DNA of 64,000 bases from Gammaproteobacteria bacterium (GTDB lineage Bacteria; Pseudomonadota; Gammaproteobacteria; Eutrophobiales; Eutrophobiaceae): positions 72,199-136,198 of the forward strand of contig CBDCSC010000006.1 in the NCBI GenBank assembly GCA_965221335.1. The letters run 5' to 3'. The notes under the pieces are model-generated. The model was not told the DNA's origin. It worked only from the letters and a program-made list of their open reading frames with translations, and ran no database searches. This document shows positions 45,312 to 57,479 of this stretch, piece after piece; positions within the stretch are counted from its first letter, which is position 1, and every line of letters begins with the position of its first letter. The translations under genes and the position numbers were made by a program.

Positions 45312-45430
45312 GATTGTTTCATTAAGGTGTAAAGATGTTTGAACAGGGAAGAATTATGTTATAAAATTCGATGCTTGCGGCGCGTGATCATTGCGTCTGT
45401 CTGAATTTTATCATAACAGGTATCAAGTAT

Positions 45431-45745
45431 ATGTATGCGGTTATAAAATCCGGTGGCAAACAGTACAAGGTGCAGGAAGGCGACACGATCCGGGTCGAGA
45501 AAATCGATGCCGAGGAGGGCGGTGACATCAACCTGGAGCAGGTACTGATGGTTGCCGACGGCGATAACGTGTCGGTGGGCGCTCCGATGGTGCAAGGCGC
45601 ATCCGTCGCGGCAAAAGTCGCGTCCCATGGCCGTGGCGCCAAGATCAAGGTGATCAAATTCAAGCGGCGTAAACATCACCGCAAGCAAATGGGGCACCGG
45701 CAAGCGTATACGGAATTGGAAATCACCGGCATCAACACTCAATAG
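45431..45745 (+). CDS. rplU: 50S ribosomal protein L21
   Basis: [14 protein letters not shown]...GHRQ. Start trimmed to ATG 45431. Confidence 0.97.
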   Translation: MYAVIKSGGKQYKVQEGDTIRVEKIDAEEGGDINLEQVLMVADGDNVSVGAPMVQGASVAAKVASHGRGAKIKVIKFKRRKHHRKQMGHRQAYTELEITGINTQ

Positions 45746-45762
45746 ACTATCGGAGCAACCTA

Positions 45763-46023
45763 ATGGCGCATAAGAAAGCAGGCGGCAGTACACGTAACGG
45801 CCGCGATTCCGAATCCAAACGCCTGGGCGTAAAACGCTTCGGCAGCGAGATCGTACGCGCGGGGAATATCATCGTCAGGCAACGGGGTACCCGTTACCAT
45901 CCCGGGGTCAATGTCGGTTGCGGTCGCGACCACACCCTTTTCGCAAAGGCTGACGGCATGGTGGTGTTTGAACGTAAAGGAGCAAAAAACAGGACTTTTG
46001 TCAGCGTCAGGGCTACAGATTAG
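45763..46023 (+). CDS. rpmA: 50S ribosomal protein L27
   Basis: [16 protein letters not shown]. Confidence 0.98.
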   Translation: MAHKKAGGSTRNGRDSESKRLGVKRFGSEIVRAGNIIVRQRGTRYHPGVNVGCGRDHTLFAKADGMVVFERKGAKNRTFVSVRATD

Positions 46024-46033
46024 CCACTGATTA

Positions 46034-47311
<1,278 letters not shown>

Positions 47312-47323
47312 AGGGGCAAACTT

Positions 47324-48448
47324 ATGTCCGGTGCGGAAACTGCGGAACTGGGAAAACAGCGCTGGGTCGTCAAGCTCGGCAGCGCCCTGCTGACTGACGA
47401 CGGTTGCGGCCTGCGCAAGAAGGCCATCGCCGACTGGGTGGCGCAGGTGGCGCAACTGCGAGGGCGCGGGTTGCGGTTTATCATCGTCTCATCCGGCGCG
47501 ATTGCGGAGGGCAGGGCGCGCCTGGGCTGGAACCTGCGGCGCATCAGTTTGCATGAACAGCAGGCCGCGGCAGCGGTCGGCCAGATGGGCTTGATCCAGA
47601 CCTACGAGTCCGCATTCCAGGAGTATGGCATACAGACCGCACAGATACTGCTTACCCACGATGACATAGCCGACCGGAAACGCTACCTGAATGCCCGCTC
47701 CACCTTACTTACCTTGCTGGAACTGGGTGTTGTGCCCATTATCAACGAGAATGACAGCGTCGCCACCGATGAGATTCGTTTCGGCGACAATGATTCACTG
47801 GCCGGACTGGCGGCAAACCTGGCGGAAGCGGATCGACTGGTGATCCTCACTGACCAGGCGGGGCTGTATGATCGCGACCCGCGCGAGTTTCCCGACGCCA
47901 GGTTGATCCGGAGCGGCCAGGCCGGCGATCCGTCCCTGCTCGACTATGCCGGACCGGGGGGAGCGCTGGGCCGCGGCGGCATGCTGACCAAGCTCAAGGC
48001 CGCGGCGACCGCGGCAAAATCCGGAACGGAAACGATTATCTGCTCAGGACTGGAGGCAGATGTGTTGCTGAGGATTGCAGCCGGGGAACAAGCGGGCACC
48101 GTGCTCGGTGTCACCCGCTCCCCATTGGCCGCGCGCAAACAATGGCTGGCCGGGCACAGGCAGCCGGCGGGTACTCTGGTGCTGGATGACGGCGCCTGCA
48201 AGGTCCTGGCTGAGCGGGGCGGGAGCTTGTTGGCCGTTGGAGTAGTCGCTGTTCACGGCGAGTTCAATCGGGGCGAGATTGTCAGTTGTACCAACCGCGA
48301 CGGCAACGAAGTCGCCAGGGGCCTGGTGAATTATGACGCCGGCGAGACGCGTAAAATCATCGGCAAGCCCAGCGGCAGGATCGAAGAATTGCTGGGCTAC
48401 GTGGATAATGAAGAGCTAATCCACCGCGACAATTTAGTGGTCTTTTAG
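47324..48448 (+). CDS. proB: Glutamate 5-kinase with PUA domain
   Basis: VVKLGS, VSSGA, NENDSV, FGDND, GGMLTK. Confidence 0.96.
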   Translation: MSGAETAELGKQRWVVKLGSALLTDDGCGLRKKAIADWVAQVAQLRGRGLRFIIVSSGAIAEGRARLGWNLRRISLHEQQAAAAVGQMGLIQTYESAFQEYGIQTAQILLTHDDIADRKRYLNARSTLLTLLELGVVPIINENDSVATDEIRFGDNDSLAGLAANLAEADRLVILTDQAGLYDRDPREFPDARLIRSGQAGDPSLLDYAGPGGALGRGGMLTKLKAAATAAKSGTETIICSGLEADVLLRIAAGEQAGTVLGVTRSPLAARKQWLAGHRQPAGTLVLDDGACKVLAERGGSLLAVGVVAVHGEFNRGEIVSCTNRDGNEVARGLVNYDAGETRKIIGKPSGRIEELLGYVDNEELIHRDNLVVF

Positions 48449-48460
48449 CGGTATAGCCAA

Positions 48461-48490
48461 GGAACCTCTGTGGTCTTAATCAGAGGTTCC
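48461..48490. repeat. Minimal M1 terminal palindrome (possible bidirectional terminator)
   Basis: GGAACCTCTG-TGGTCTTAAT-CAGAGGTTCC followed by TTAA, between convergent proB and rpsT. Confidence 0.65.
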
Positions 48491-48495
48491 TTAAG

Positions 48496-48762
48496 TCAAT
48501 CTCCCAGTGCGCGTAGCCTGGCGTTGAGCCGGCTTTTGTGCCGGGCGGCTTTGTTCTTGTGAATCAGTCCTTTGTTCGCCATTCTGTCGATGATGGGGAC
48601 CGCGGCCTGGTAGGCGGCGGTTGCCGCTTTTTTGTCGCCGCTGTCCAGGGAGTCTACCACCTTCCTGATGTAAGTCCGTAACATGGACCGGTGCGAGTTA
48701 TTGTGCAAACGGCGCTTGGCGGCCTGGCGGGCGCGTTTCTTTGCTGATGCAATATTGGCCAA
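48496..48762 (-). CDS. rpsT: 30S ribosomal protein S20
   Basis: (TTG)[12 protein letters not shown]...[13 protein letters not shown]; start at TTG 48762. Confidence 0.96.
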   Translation of the reverse strand: MANIASAKKRARQAAKRRLHNNSHRSMLRTYIRKVVDSLDSGDKKAATAAYQAAVPIIDRMANKGLIHKNKAARHKSRLNARLRALGD

Positions 48763-48928
48763 ATCTAGCTCCTGATAATCGATTATTTCAAAAGACCGCA
48801 TACTATGCGGACATGACGCTGTTTTGTCAATCCGTGACACGCATGATTTTGCCACAGATGGCAGGGGGATCATAACGTTTTTTGTGATAAATCCTGTATA
48901 TGCTGCCCATCCATGTTAAATTCCACCG

Positions 48929-50482
48929 ATGCGGAACAAGTTGTTCAAATCCACCCTGGTAGTCGGCCTGATGACGACGCTGTCGCGTATTTTGGGGCTG
49001 GTACGGGATGTGCTGATCGGCGCGCTGTTCGGTCCCGGCGCCGGGGTTGACGCGTTTATCGTTGCGTTCCGTATACCGAATTTTTTACGGCGGATATTTG
49101 CGGAAGGCGGCTTCTCCCAGGCGTTCGTGCCGGTGTTGTCCGAATACCGGGAACAGCGCAGCCGGGAGCAGACCAGGGCGCTGGTGGAGCATACCGCCGC
49201 GGTGCTGGGCGCCTGGTTATGCGCAACCACGATTATCGGCGTCCTGGCCGCGCCGTTACTGATATGGGTCTTTGCCCCCGGTTTTGGCGGGGATGTGGAA
49301 AAACAGACCCTCGCGTCCGCCATGTTGCGCATTACCTTCCCCTACATCCTGTTCATTTCGCTTACCGCCATGGCGGGCGGTATTCTGAATACCTACCGGC
49401 GTTTTGCGGTGCCCGCGTTTACCCCGGTATTGCTCAACCTGTCACTGATCGGTTGCGCGTTATGGTTGGCGCCGTATTTTCCGCCCGAACAGCGGGTTGT
49501 TGCGTTGGCCTGGGGTGTGTTTATCGCCGGCATCGCGCAGTTGCTGTTCCAGTTTCCGTTTCTGTTCCGACTCGGATTATTACGCGTTCCCCGGTTCAAC
49601 CGGGACCGGAAAGGCGTCGGCAGGATTATCGCGTTGATGATACCGACCCTGTTTGCCGTCTCCGTGACCCAGATCAACCTGCTGGTCGATACCGTTATCG
49701 CGTCGTTCCTGGAGACGGGCAGTATCTCCTGGCTGTATTTCTCCGACAGGCTGGTGGAATTTCCTCTTGGTGTGTTCGGTATTGCACTGGCCACCGTGAT
49801 CCTCCCCAGCCTTTCCGCGGAACATGCCGGCAAGGATAACGCCGCGTTCAACAGGACCCTGGATTGGGCGCTGCGCTGGGTTGTACTGGTGGCCCTTCCT
49901 GCCGCCGCGGGCCTGATGCTACTGGGCGCGCCGCTGTTGACCGCGCTGTTTCAGTATAATGAATTTTCACGGCATGATGTGCTGATGGCGCATCGCAGCC
50001 TGGTGATGTATGCAATCGGGCTGCCCGCGTTTATCCTGGTAAAGGTGCTGTCTTCCGGTTTTTTCTCCAGGCAGGATACCAAGACGCCGGTAAAAGTGGC
50101 CGTGGTCGCAATGGTGGCCAACGTCATTTTGAACCTGCTACTGGTGTTCCCGCTGGCTCATGCGGGGCTGGCGCTGGCCACATCGCTGTCAGCGTGCATC
50201 AACGCGGCGTTGCTGTTCTGGCTGTTACGCAAGAAAAAAGGTTTTGCGCCCGGCGCCGGCTGGCTGCGCTTGCTGGGCGCAATTATGCTTGCGCTGGCGG
50301 TCATGGCGCTGGGCCTGGCATACTTTGTTCCGGCGCAACTCTCCTGGTTTCAATGGGATATGTATGCGCGCGCCGTTAATGTAGTATTATGCACGTTTGC
50401 CGGCGCCCTCGCGTATTTTGCCGTGTTGTGGCTTGCCGGCATCCGATTGCGAAACATGGCGCTGGATCATCCACGCGGGTGA
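48929..50482 (+). CDS. murJ: Lipid II flippase MurJ
   Basis: SRILGLVRD, AFRIPNFLRRIFAEG, DRLVEFPLG; many TM segments. Confidence 0.96.
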   Translation: MRNKLFKSTLVVGLMTTLSRILGLVRDVLIGALFGPGAGVDAFIVAFRIPNFLRRIFAEGGFSQAFVPVLSEYREQRSREQTRALVEHTAAVLGAWLCATTIIGVLAAPLLIWVFAPGFGGDVEKQTLASAMLRITFPYILFISLTAMAGGILNTYRRFAVPAFTPVLLNLSLIGCALWLAPYFPPEQRVVALAWGVFIAGIAQLLFQFPFLFRLGLLRVPRFNRDRKGVGRIIALMIPTLFAVSVTQINLLVDTVIASFLETGSISWLYFSDRLVEFPLGVFGIALATVILPSLSAEHAGKDNAAFNRTLDWALRWVVLVALPAAAGLMLLGAPLLTALFQYNEFSRHDVLMAHRSLVMYAIGLPAFILVKVLSSGFFSRQDTKTPVKVAVVAMVANVILNLLLVFPLAHAGLALATSLSACINAALLFWLLRKKKGFAPGAGWLRLLGAIMLALAVMALGLAYFVPAQLSWFQWDMYARAVNVVLCTFAGALAYFAVLWLAGIRLRNMALDHPRG

Positions 50483-50488
50483 AATTCA

Positions 50489-50620
50489 GCCAGAGAGGAC
50501 ACAGAGGATACGGAGTTTTATGTTTGCTAGTGGAATGGATTCAAAGTTTAATTCTGATGCGGCGGCACGGCACTGTCATAAGAGTGAATTTCAAACAAAA
50601 ATTTCTGTGTCCTCTGTGGC
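50489..50620. repeat. Family C element, reverse-orientation copy
   Basis: Reverse complement aligns with 46034-46175 in the ends and in the interior (TCTT.TGACAG, GCCGCATCAG, GCAAAC). Confidence 0.75.
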
Positions 50621-50637
50621 AATAAGTTACAAACACT

Positions 50638-51576
50638 ATGGAATTAATCAGGTATTCATATAATCTCAAGTCGCGGCATCGTGGTTGTGTCGCCACTATC
50701 GGTAACTATGACGGGATCCACCTGGGGCACCAGGCCGTGCTCAGGCAACTCAAGCGGCACGCAGAGGTAATGGGGCTGCCGGCCCTGGTGATAACCTTCG
50801 AACCCCATCCGCAGGAGTTTTTCAGTGCGGTCAGCACGCCGACCAGGATTACCAGTTTCAGGGAAAAACTGGAGATACTGAAACAGCAGAATATCGACAG
50901 GGTGTTGTGCCTGAGGTTCCAGCAGAGTATCGCAGACCTGCAGGCCGAGCAGTTTATCGAACAGGTGCTGGTCGGCGACCTGTCGATCAAGCGACTGATC
51001 ATCGGCGATGATTTCAAGTTCGGCAAAGACCGGCGCGGCGATTACCGGATGTTGCAGAAGTACGGTAAACGCTTGGGTTTCGAGGTAATACTTACGGAGA
51101 CCCATAAATTGGATGGCGACCGGGTCAGCAGCAGCATCATCCGGGATCGGCTGCAGGAAAGCCGTTTTGAAGAAGCACAGTTGTTGTTGGGACGCTATTT
51201 CAGCATCAGCGGACGTGTGGTGCACGGCGCCAAACGGGGGCGCCAACTGGGCTTCCCGACCGCAAACATCAATCTCAGCAGACGCGCAGTCCCGTTGCGG
51301 GGCGTATTCGCGGTGAGTGTGAAGGGTGCGGATGCGCTGACACACCTGGGGGTCGCCAACCTGGGCACGCGCCCGGTGTTTGAGGAAAAGAAACTGCTGT
51401 TGGAAGCGCACTTGTTCGACTTTGACAAGATGATTTACGGCAAGCATATCAGCGTCGAATTCTTCAAGCGCTTGCGTGATGAGCGCAAATTCTCTTCCAT
51501 CGACGAGCTGGTGGCGCAGATCGCGTTGGATATTGAGGCCGCCAGGGAATTTTTCCGCGGGATTAAACATGACTGA
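50638..51576 (+). CDS. ribF: Riboflavin kinase/FAD synthetase
   Basis: IGNYDGIHLGHQ, TFEPHP, VSSS.IR, GRQLGFPTAN. Confidence 0.96.
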   Translation: MELIRYSYNLKSRHRGCVATIGNYDGIHLGHQAVLRQLKRHAEVMGLPALVITFEPHPQEFFSAVSTPTRITSFREKLEILKQQNIDRVLCLRFQQSIADLQAEQFIEQVLVGDLSIKRLIIGDDFKFGKDRRGDYRMLQKYGKRLGFEVILTETHKLDGDRVSSSIIRDRLQESRFEEAQLLLGRYFSISGRVVHGAKRGRQLGFPTANINLSRRAVPLRGVFAVSVKGADALTHLGVANLGTRPVFEEKKLLLEAHLFDFDKMIYGKHISVEFFKRLRDERKFSSIDELVAQIALDIEAAREFFRGIKHD

Positions 51577-51581
51577 GTTTT

Positions 51582-54392
51582 ATGGATTATAAAGATACAT
51601 TGGCCTTGCCGAAAACGGACTTTCCGATGAAGGGCAAGCTGGTGCAGCGCGAGCCGGAGATGCTGCAGCGCTGGCAGCAACAGGATATCTATGCCCGCAT
51701 CCGGCAGCGCAGGGCCGGACGCGACAAGTATATCCTGCATGACGGCCCGCCCTATGCGAACGGCGACATTCACCTGGGCCATGCCGTCAACAAGATTCTG
51801 AAAGACATCATTGTCAAGTCCCACAGCCTGGATGGATTTGATTGCCCTTACGTGCCCGGCTGGGACTGCCATGGTCTGCCCATTGAGCTCCAGGTGGAGA
51901 AGAAAATCGGCAAGGCCGGCGTTCGGGTTGACGCGCGCAAGTTCCGTGATGCCTGCCGCGAGTATGCGCAGAAACAGATAAGCAGGCAACGGGCCGATTT
52001 TGAACGCCTGGGGGTGTTGGGTGACTGGGATGCGCCCTACCTGACGATGAATTATCACACCGAAGCCGGCATCGTAAGAACGTTGGGCAAAATGATCGAA
52101 GCGGGCCACCTGGTGCAGGGCTTCAAGCCGGTTCACTGGTGTATGGATTGTTCCTCGGCCCTGGCGGAAGCCGAAATCGAATATATCGACAAACAGTCGC
52201 CCGCGGTGGATGTGTGTTTCCCCATTGCCGATGAACAGGCATTGTACCGCGCCGCGTCGGGACCCTGGGACGACCGTGGGGAAGGCAATATCTCCGTGGT
52301 CATCTGGACCACCACACCCTGGACTCTGCCTGCGAACCAGGCGGTGGCCGTTAATCCCGCATTTGCTTACGCGGTCGTGCAATGTGAATCGCAACGGGGC
52401 CGGGAACGGCTGGTTGTAGCCGAGAAACTGGCGGCCTCGGCATTGCATCGCTACGGCGTTGAGAATTATCGGGTACTGGCCTTGCTGCAAGGTTCGGAAC
52501 TCGAGGGGCTGCAACTGCAACACCCGTTCTACGATTACCGGGTGCCGATCGTGCTGGGCGATCACGTGACCCTGGAAACCGGCACCGGTGCGGTGCATAC
52601 CTCTCCGGGCCACGGCGTGGATGATTATAACGTGGGCCTGCAATATGGCTTGCCGGTAACCAACCCGGTGGCCGATAACGGCTGTTTCCGCGAAGACACG
52701 GAACTGTTTGCCGGCGAACATGTGTTCAAGGCCAATTCCCATATCATAGAAACCCTTATCGACAGAAACAACCTGCTGGTGGAGACGACGGTGGGCCACA
52801 GTTATCCCCATTGCTGGCGCCACAAGTCCCCCGTGATCTTCCGCACCACGCCGCAGTGGTTTTTCGGTATGGACGAGCAGGGGCTGCGCGCCGGCGCGCT
52901 GGATGCGATCGCCGGGGTGCGCTGGACACCCGAATGGGGCTGTCAGCGTATCCATGACATGGTCAATGAACGCAGCGACTGGTGTATTTCCCGGCAACGT
53001 ACCTGGGGTGTGCCGATCGCGGTGTTCGTGCACAAGGATTCGGGGGCATTACACCCCGATACCCCGCGTTTGATCGAGGCGGCCGCGCAGAAGATAGAAC
53101 AGACGGGAATCGATGGCTGGTTCGAACTCGATGCCGCGGAGCTGCTTGGCACCGATGCCGCGCATTACCGGAAGGTAACGGATATCCTGGACGTGTGGTT
53201 CGATTCCGGCGTTACCCATGCCACCGTGCTGGCGCATGACGCGCGGCTGGCTTACCCGGCGGATCTCTATCTCGAGGGATCGGACCAGCACCGGGGCTGG
53301 TTCCAGTCCTCGTTGCTGACCTCGGTCGGGATCAACAGGCAGGCTCCTTATCGCGGCGTGTTGACCCACGGTTTCACCGTCGATGCCAAAGGCAGGAAAA
53401 TGGCCAAGTCCGAGGGTAATGTCATCGCGCCGCAACAGGTCCTGCGCAAACTGGGCGCGGATATCCTGAGGTTGTGGGTATCAGCCACCGACTACCGGGG
53501 CGAGATGAGTGTGTCTGACGATATCCTGGATCGGATGGCGGATGCTTATCGCCGTATCCGCAACACGGCCCGTTACCTGCTGGCGAACCTGGACCGCTTC
53601 GAGCCGGCAACAAGCCGCATACCCGACGCTGACCTGTTGGAACTGGACAAATGGGTGCTGGCAGAAACCACCCGGTTACAGGAAGAGATTATCCGCGCTT
53701 ACGGCGAGTTCCAGTTTCACCTGATTTACCAGAAACTGCACCATTACTGTGTCGTGACCCTGGGCGGTTTCTACCTGGATATCATCAAGGACCGCATGTA
53801 TACCCTGCCGCGGGACAGCATGGCGCGCCGTTCGGCGCAGGTTGCGATGTACCACATTATCGAGGCTTTAGTGCGCTGGCTGGCGCCGGTACTGAGCTTT
53901 ACGGCCGAGGAAATCTGGCAACACCTGCCCGGCGAGCGCAGCGAATCCGTGTTCCTGGAAGAGTGGTACGGGGATTTTCCAGAGGTGAGCGTCGCGGACT
54001 GCTGGCCCGCTATCATCAACGCGCGTGAACAGGTCAGCAAGGAACTGGAACGCCTGCGCACGGACGGCGCGATTGGTTCATCCCTGGACGCGGAAGTCGA
54101 ATTGTATTGTAACGGCGCGCTGAGGAAGGCCCTGGACTATCCCGGCGATGAACTGCGCTATATCTTCATTACTTCGCGTGCAGCGGTCTTCGCAGATACG
54201 CAGCGGCCGGATGATGCCCGGCACAGTGAATTGGACGGACTCTGGTTAAAGGTAACGGCTTCGACGCATGCCAAATGTGTGCGTTGCTGGCATCGTTGCG
54301 AGGATATCGGCGCAGACCCGGCACACCCGGAGTTATGCGGACGCTGTGTGCTCAACGTGGACGGCGCCGGTGAAACCCGCTCTTTTTCCTGA
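51582..54392 (+). CDS. ileS: Isoleucyl-tRNA synthetase
   Basis: HDGPPYANG.IHLGH, GWDCHGLP, KMAKS (KMSKS variant), C-terminal Zn finger. Confidence 0.97.
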   Translation: MDYKDTLALPKTDFPMKGKLVQREPEMLQRWQQQDIYARIRQRRAGRDKYILHDGPPYANGDIHLGHAVNKILKDIIVKSHSLDGFDCPYVPGWDCHGLPIELQVEKKIGKAGVRVDARKFRDACREYAQKQISRQRADFERLGVLGDWDAPYLTMNYHTEAGIVRTLGKMIEAGHLVQGFKPVHWCMDCSSALAEAEIEYIDKQSPAVDVCFPIADEQALYRAASGPWDDRGEGNISVVIWTTTPWTLPANQAVAVNPAFAYAVVQCESQRGRERLVVAEKLAASALHRYGVENYRVLALLQGSELEGLQLQHPFYDYRVPIVLGDHVTLETGTGAVHTSPGHGVDDYNVGLQYGLPVTNPVADNGCFREDTELFAGEHVFKANSHIIETLIDRNNLLVETTVGHSYPHCWRHKSPVIFRTTPQWFFGMDEQGLRAGALDAIAGVRWTPEWGCQRIHDMVNERSDWCISRQRTWGVPIAVFVHKDSGALHPDTPRLIEAAAQKIEQTGIDGWFELDAAELLGTDAAHYRKVTDILDVWFDSGVTHATVLAHDARLAYPADLYLEGSDQHRGWFQSSLLTSVGINRQAPYRGVLTHGFTVDAKGRKMAKSEGNVIAPQQVLRKLGADILRLWVSATDYRGEMSVSDDILDRMADAYRRIRNTARYLLANLDRFEPATSRIPDADLLELDKWVLAETTRLQEEIIRAYGEFQFHLIYQKLHHYCVVTLGGFYLDIIKDRMYTLPRDSMARRSAQVAMYHIIEALVRWLAPVLSFTAEEIWQHLPGERSESVFLEEWYGDFPEVSVADCWPAIINAREQVSKELERLRTDGAIGSSLDAEVELYCNGALRKALDYPGDELRYIFITSRAAVFADTQRPDDARHSELDGLWLKVTASTHAKCVRCWHRCEDIGADPAHPELCGRCVLNVDGAGETRSFS

Positions 54393-54418
54393 CTGTTTTA
54401 GCCACATAGGCCACAGAG

Positions 54419-54916
54419 ATGAAATTGAAAACTTCCAATCTTAGCTGGCTGTTGCTCACGTTGCTGATCATCGTTCTTGACCAGGTAAGCAAACACGCGG
54501 CATTACAGTGGTTGAGCTTGAACCAGGCGCTGCCGGTAGTACCGGGCTTCAACCTGACCCTGGTGTACAATTACGGCGCCGCGTTCAGTTTTCTCAGCGA
54601 TGCGGGTGGCTGGCAGCGTTATTTCTTTATCATATTGACGGCCATCATCAGCGTGGTCCTGCTGATCTGGCTGGCGCGTCTGCCGGCCGGCCGCGCAATG
54701 CTGGCTTCTGCCCTGGCGCTGGTGCTTGGCGGGGCAGCCGGCAACCTGTGGGACCGCCTGCAATACGGCTATGTCGTCGATTTTATCGAAGTGTATTACG
54801 ACAAGTGGTCCTGGCCGGTGTTCAATATTGCAGATTCCGCGATCACGGTCGGCGCTGCGCTGTTAATCCTGGATGCATTCAGGAAACCTCCCGATACGTC
54901 CGCACCGACTGTATAG
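54419..54916 (+). CDS. lspA: Lipoprotein signal peptidase
   Basis: DQVSK, NYGAAFS, GNLWDR, VVDF, FNIADSAI. Confidence 0.96.
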   Translation: MKLKTSNLSWLLLTLLIIVLDQVSKHAALQWLSLNQALPVVPGFNLTLVYNYGAAFSFLSDAGGWQRYFFIILTAIISVVLLIWLARLPAGRAMLASALALVLGGAAGNLWDRLQYGYVVDFIEVYYDKWSWPVFNIADSAITVGAALLILDAFRKPPDTSAPTV

Positions 54917-54931
54917 CCTCGGTATCAGCGT

Positions 54932-55060
54932 GGGATCGCAGGCGTGCCGCCTGCCTGCGGGCAGGACGCCCGCGCTCCCGGGTGTTGTGGCGGCATACTT
55001 TGTCATCAGCCCGGGATTGCAGGCGCCTCGCCTGCTTGTGGGCGAGACGGCCGCGCTCCC
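54932..55060. repeat. REP family A, two inverted pairs
   Basis: GGGATCGCAGGCGTGCCGCCTGC..GCGGGCAGGACGCCCGCGCTCCC and a similar second pair. Confidence 0.75.
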
Positions 55061-55129
55061 AAAATTGGTTTCCTCTGCGGCAGTGAAAACATGTATAATA
55101 GGGGCAATTAAATTACTGATCGTTATCAA

Positions 55130-56092
55130 GTGCAGATTACCCTTGCCAATCCCCGTGGTTTTTGTGCCGGCGTAGACCGGGCGATAGAAATTGTTGAGCG
55201 CGCGCTGGAACTGTTCGGCATGCCGGTCTACGTGCGCCATGAAGTGGTGCATAACAAGTACGTGGTAGAAACCCTGCGGGACAAGGGTGCGGTATTCGTC
55301 AATGAACTGGATGAAGTCCCTGATGAATCCGTGGTCATCTTCAGCGCCCATGGGGTTTCAAAGGCAGTACGGGAAGAGGCTGTACGGAGGAATTTACGGG
55401 TCTTTGACGCGATCTGCCCATTGGTGACAAAGGTGCACATGGAAGTTGGCCGCTACCAGGACGAGGGCAGGGAATGTATTCTCATCGGTCATGCGGGTCA
55501 CCCCGAAGTGGAAGGGACGCTGGGCCAATATCGCCCCAGCAACGACAGCGGTGCGATGTACCTGGTGGAATCGGTGAAAGATGTCGAGAGCTTAAAGGTA
55601 AAGAATCCCGAATTCCTGGCGTTTGTAACACAGACCACGTTGTCCGTGGACGACACCTCTGAAGTCATCGACGCGCTGCGCCGGCGTTTCCCGAAAATAG
55701 TCGGCCCGAAAAAGGAGGACATCTGTTACGCGACGCAAAACCGCCAGGACGCGGTAAAGAAACTGACCGGAGACTGTGACCTGATCCTGGTAGTGGGTTC
55801 GCAGAACAGTTCCAATTCCACCCGCCTGATGGAAATATCCCAGAAGAAAGGGGTGCCGGCCTACCTGATTGACAACGTCACCGAGATTAAAAGGCAATGG
55901 CTGCAAGGCAAGCGCAACATCGGTGTGACCGCGGGCGCCTCCGCGCCGGAAGTCCTGGTCGAGGAGGTTGTTGAAAAGCTGAAGCAATGGGGCGTTGACA
56001 CCGTGACGGAAGCGCCGGGGATACAGGAAAGCGTGGTATTTTCATTACCGCGTGAACTTTATGCCGGCACGGCAAGAAGCGGGCAGGCATAA
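55130..56092 (+). CDS. ispH: HMBPP reductase
   Basis: [39 protein letters not shown]. Confidence 0.97.
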   Translation: MQITLANPRGFCAGVDRAIEIVERALELFGMPVYVRHEVVHNKYVVETLRDKGAVFVNELDEVPDESVVIFSAHGVSKAVREEAVRRNLRVFDAICPLVTKVHMEVGRYQDEGRECILIGHAGHPEVEGTLGQYRPSNDSGAMYLVESVKDVESLKVKNPEFLAFVTQTTLSVDDTSEVIDALRRRFPKIVGPKKEDICYATQNRQDAVKKLTGDCDLILVVGSQNSSNSTRLMEISQKKGVPAYLIDNVTEIKRQWLQGKRNIGVTAGASAPEVLVEEVVEKLKQWGVDTVTEAPGIQESVVFSLPRELYAGTARSGQA

Positions 56093-56114
56093 ACCCCCAT
56101 ATACACTATCCCCC

Positions 56115-56146
56115 CGGAGCGCGGGCGTCCCGCCAGTCCCGCCCGC
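56115..56146. repeat. REP family A half-unit
   Basis: GGAGCGCGGGCGTCCCGCC. Confidence 0.55.
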
Positions 56147-56201
56147 TGACACTTGTGCTGCGTATGGCTGACCCCAAAGACTCCATGTTCGCCGGTTCTG
56201 A

Positions 56202-57134
56202 TCAGTTGTTCTCCACCGCGGGAACGGAGAGAATGTAGGCAACCAGCGCCTGCAAGTCTTCCGCGGTCATGATGCCGGTGGAGTTGTCAATCACGTCCAC
56301 CATCGCACCGCCGGCATAGTCGCCGTCCGGCATTTCCCCATCTTCCAGGTAGAGCAGCAGGTCATACTCATCCCAATCGCCGATACCGTCCGCTTTGGAT
56401 TGCGTGATATTGGGCACCGGGTCGCCGTCCGGCCCGTTTTCAGTGCCGGCGAGGAACAGTTCCGGGCGGGTCGCGCCGAGCAGGTTCCTGGGGGTATGGC
56501 ACTCACTGCAATGGGTGAGGGCATTGGCGATATACGCGCCCCGGTCCGGGGATGCGTCGTGACCGGCCGGCCGGTACACACCGGGCCTGAAAAACAGCGC
56601 CTGCCAGGCCGGCAGCAGCAGGCGGTTGATATACCAGGGCGTTTCATGGGGCCTGTTCCGGCTTTTCACCGGCGGTATTGATTGCAGGTATGCGAACATG
56701 TCGCGCAGGTCCGCAATATGCATCCGGGTATACGAGGTATAGGGAAACACGGGGTAATAGCGCGCGTTATCAGGCGTGACTCCAACGTGCATTGCGCGCA
56801 CAAAATCCGTGAATGTCCAGGCGCCGATACCGGTTTCCTGATCCGGGGTGATATTCGGGGCAAAGAACGTGCCGAGCGGGGTTTCCAGCTCCAGTCCGCC
56901 GGCAAGGTAGGCGCCCTTGTTGCCGGCATCCGTATGACAGCTTACGCAACCGGCGATATTCACCAGGTACTCACCGTGCCGGATGTCGGCTGCGGCGAGG
57001 TCGTGTTTCGTTATCGCAAAGTCGTCAGGAAGCAGTTCGGGGCGCAGCAACCACCAGCACAGCGCCAGCAGAAAACCTGTGCAGAGAAGCGCGGGAAGAA
57101 ACCGGCGGCGCACCGGATAGTCAGTTTGCGGCAA
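56202..57134 (-). CDS. Diheme cytochrome c (gluconate-2-dehydrogenase cytochrome-like)
   Basis: CVSCH and CSECH, APNITPD.ETGIG.W, N-terminal membrane anchor. Confidence 0.88.
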   Translation of the reverse strand: MPQTDYPVRRRFLPALLCTGFLLALCWWLLRPELLPDDFAITKHDLAAADIRHGEYLVNIAGCVSCHTDAGNKGAYLAGGLELETPLGTFFAPNITPDQETGIGAWTFTDFVRAMHVGVTPDNARYYPVFPYTSYTRMHIADLRDMFAYLQSIPPVKSRNRPHETPWYINRLLLPAWQALFFRPGVYRPAGHDASPDRGAYIANALTHCSECHTPRNLLGATRPELFLAGTENGPDGDPVPNITQSKADGIGDWDEYDLLLYLEDGEMPDGDYAGGAMVDVIDNSTGIMTAEDLQALVAYILSVPAVENN

Positions 57135-57375
57135 TTGGGGGAGGACCGGTTTTATCGATATCCCAGGCTTCGATCAGCAATGATAATTGCCCTTCGATAC
57201 GCGCGGTTCGTTGTTGCAGATCCGCTATATCGCCCTTCATCCCATAAATTTCGTCCTTGATCCCATATATTTCACCTTTTATTCCATGTTGTCCCGTCAA
57301 TATCAGCCCGGCCAATAAAGCACCGACACCGATTATGCTTACAATGATGCTGGTTACATCCGTCAGTTTGTACAT
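57121..57375 (-). CDS. Small TM plus coiled-coil hypothetical protein (84 aa)
   Basis: Strong RBS AAGGAGGT before ATG 57375; hydrophobic helix followed by heptads GIKGEIY-GIKDEIY-GMKGDIA. Confidence 0.65.
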   Translation of the reverse strand: MYKLTDVTSIIVSIIGVGALLAGLILTGQHGIKGEIYGIKDEIYGMKGDIADLQQRTARIEGQLSLLIEAWDIDKTGPPPIAAN

Positions 57376-57479
57376 AAGTACCTCCTTAGACATCATGTTT
57401 TGACCTGCCCATCTCAACACACGTGGATTATGTTGAAATGGGACACTTCAACACAGAGCCATTATTGAGAGGACAGGTC

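Noticed and set aside
51435-53033. Long antisense ORFs (also 59988-61412, 32753-33973, 46280-47455, 22809-24017)
   Set aside because: They lie opposite well-supported genes; such shadows are expected in GC-rich coding DNA.
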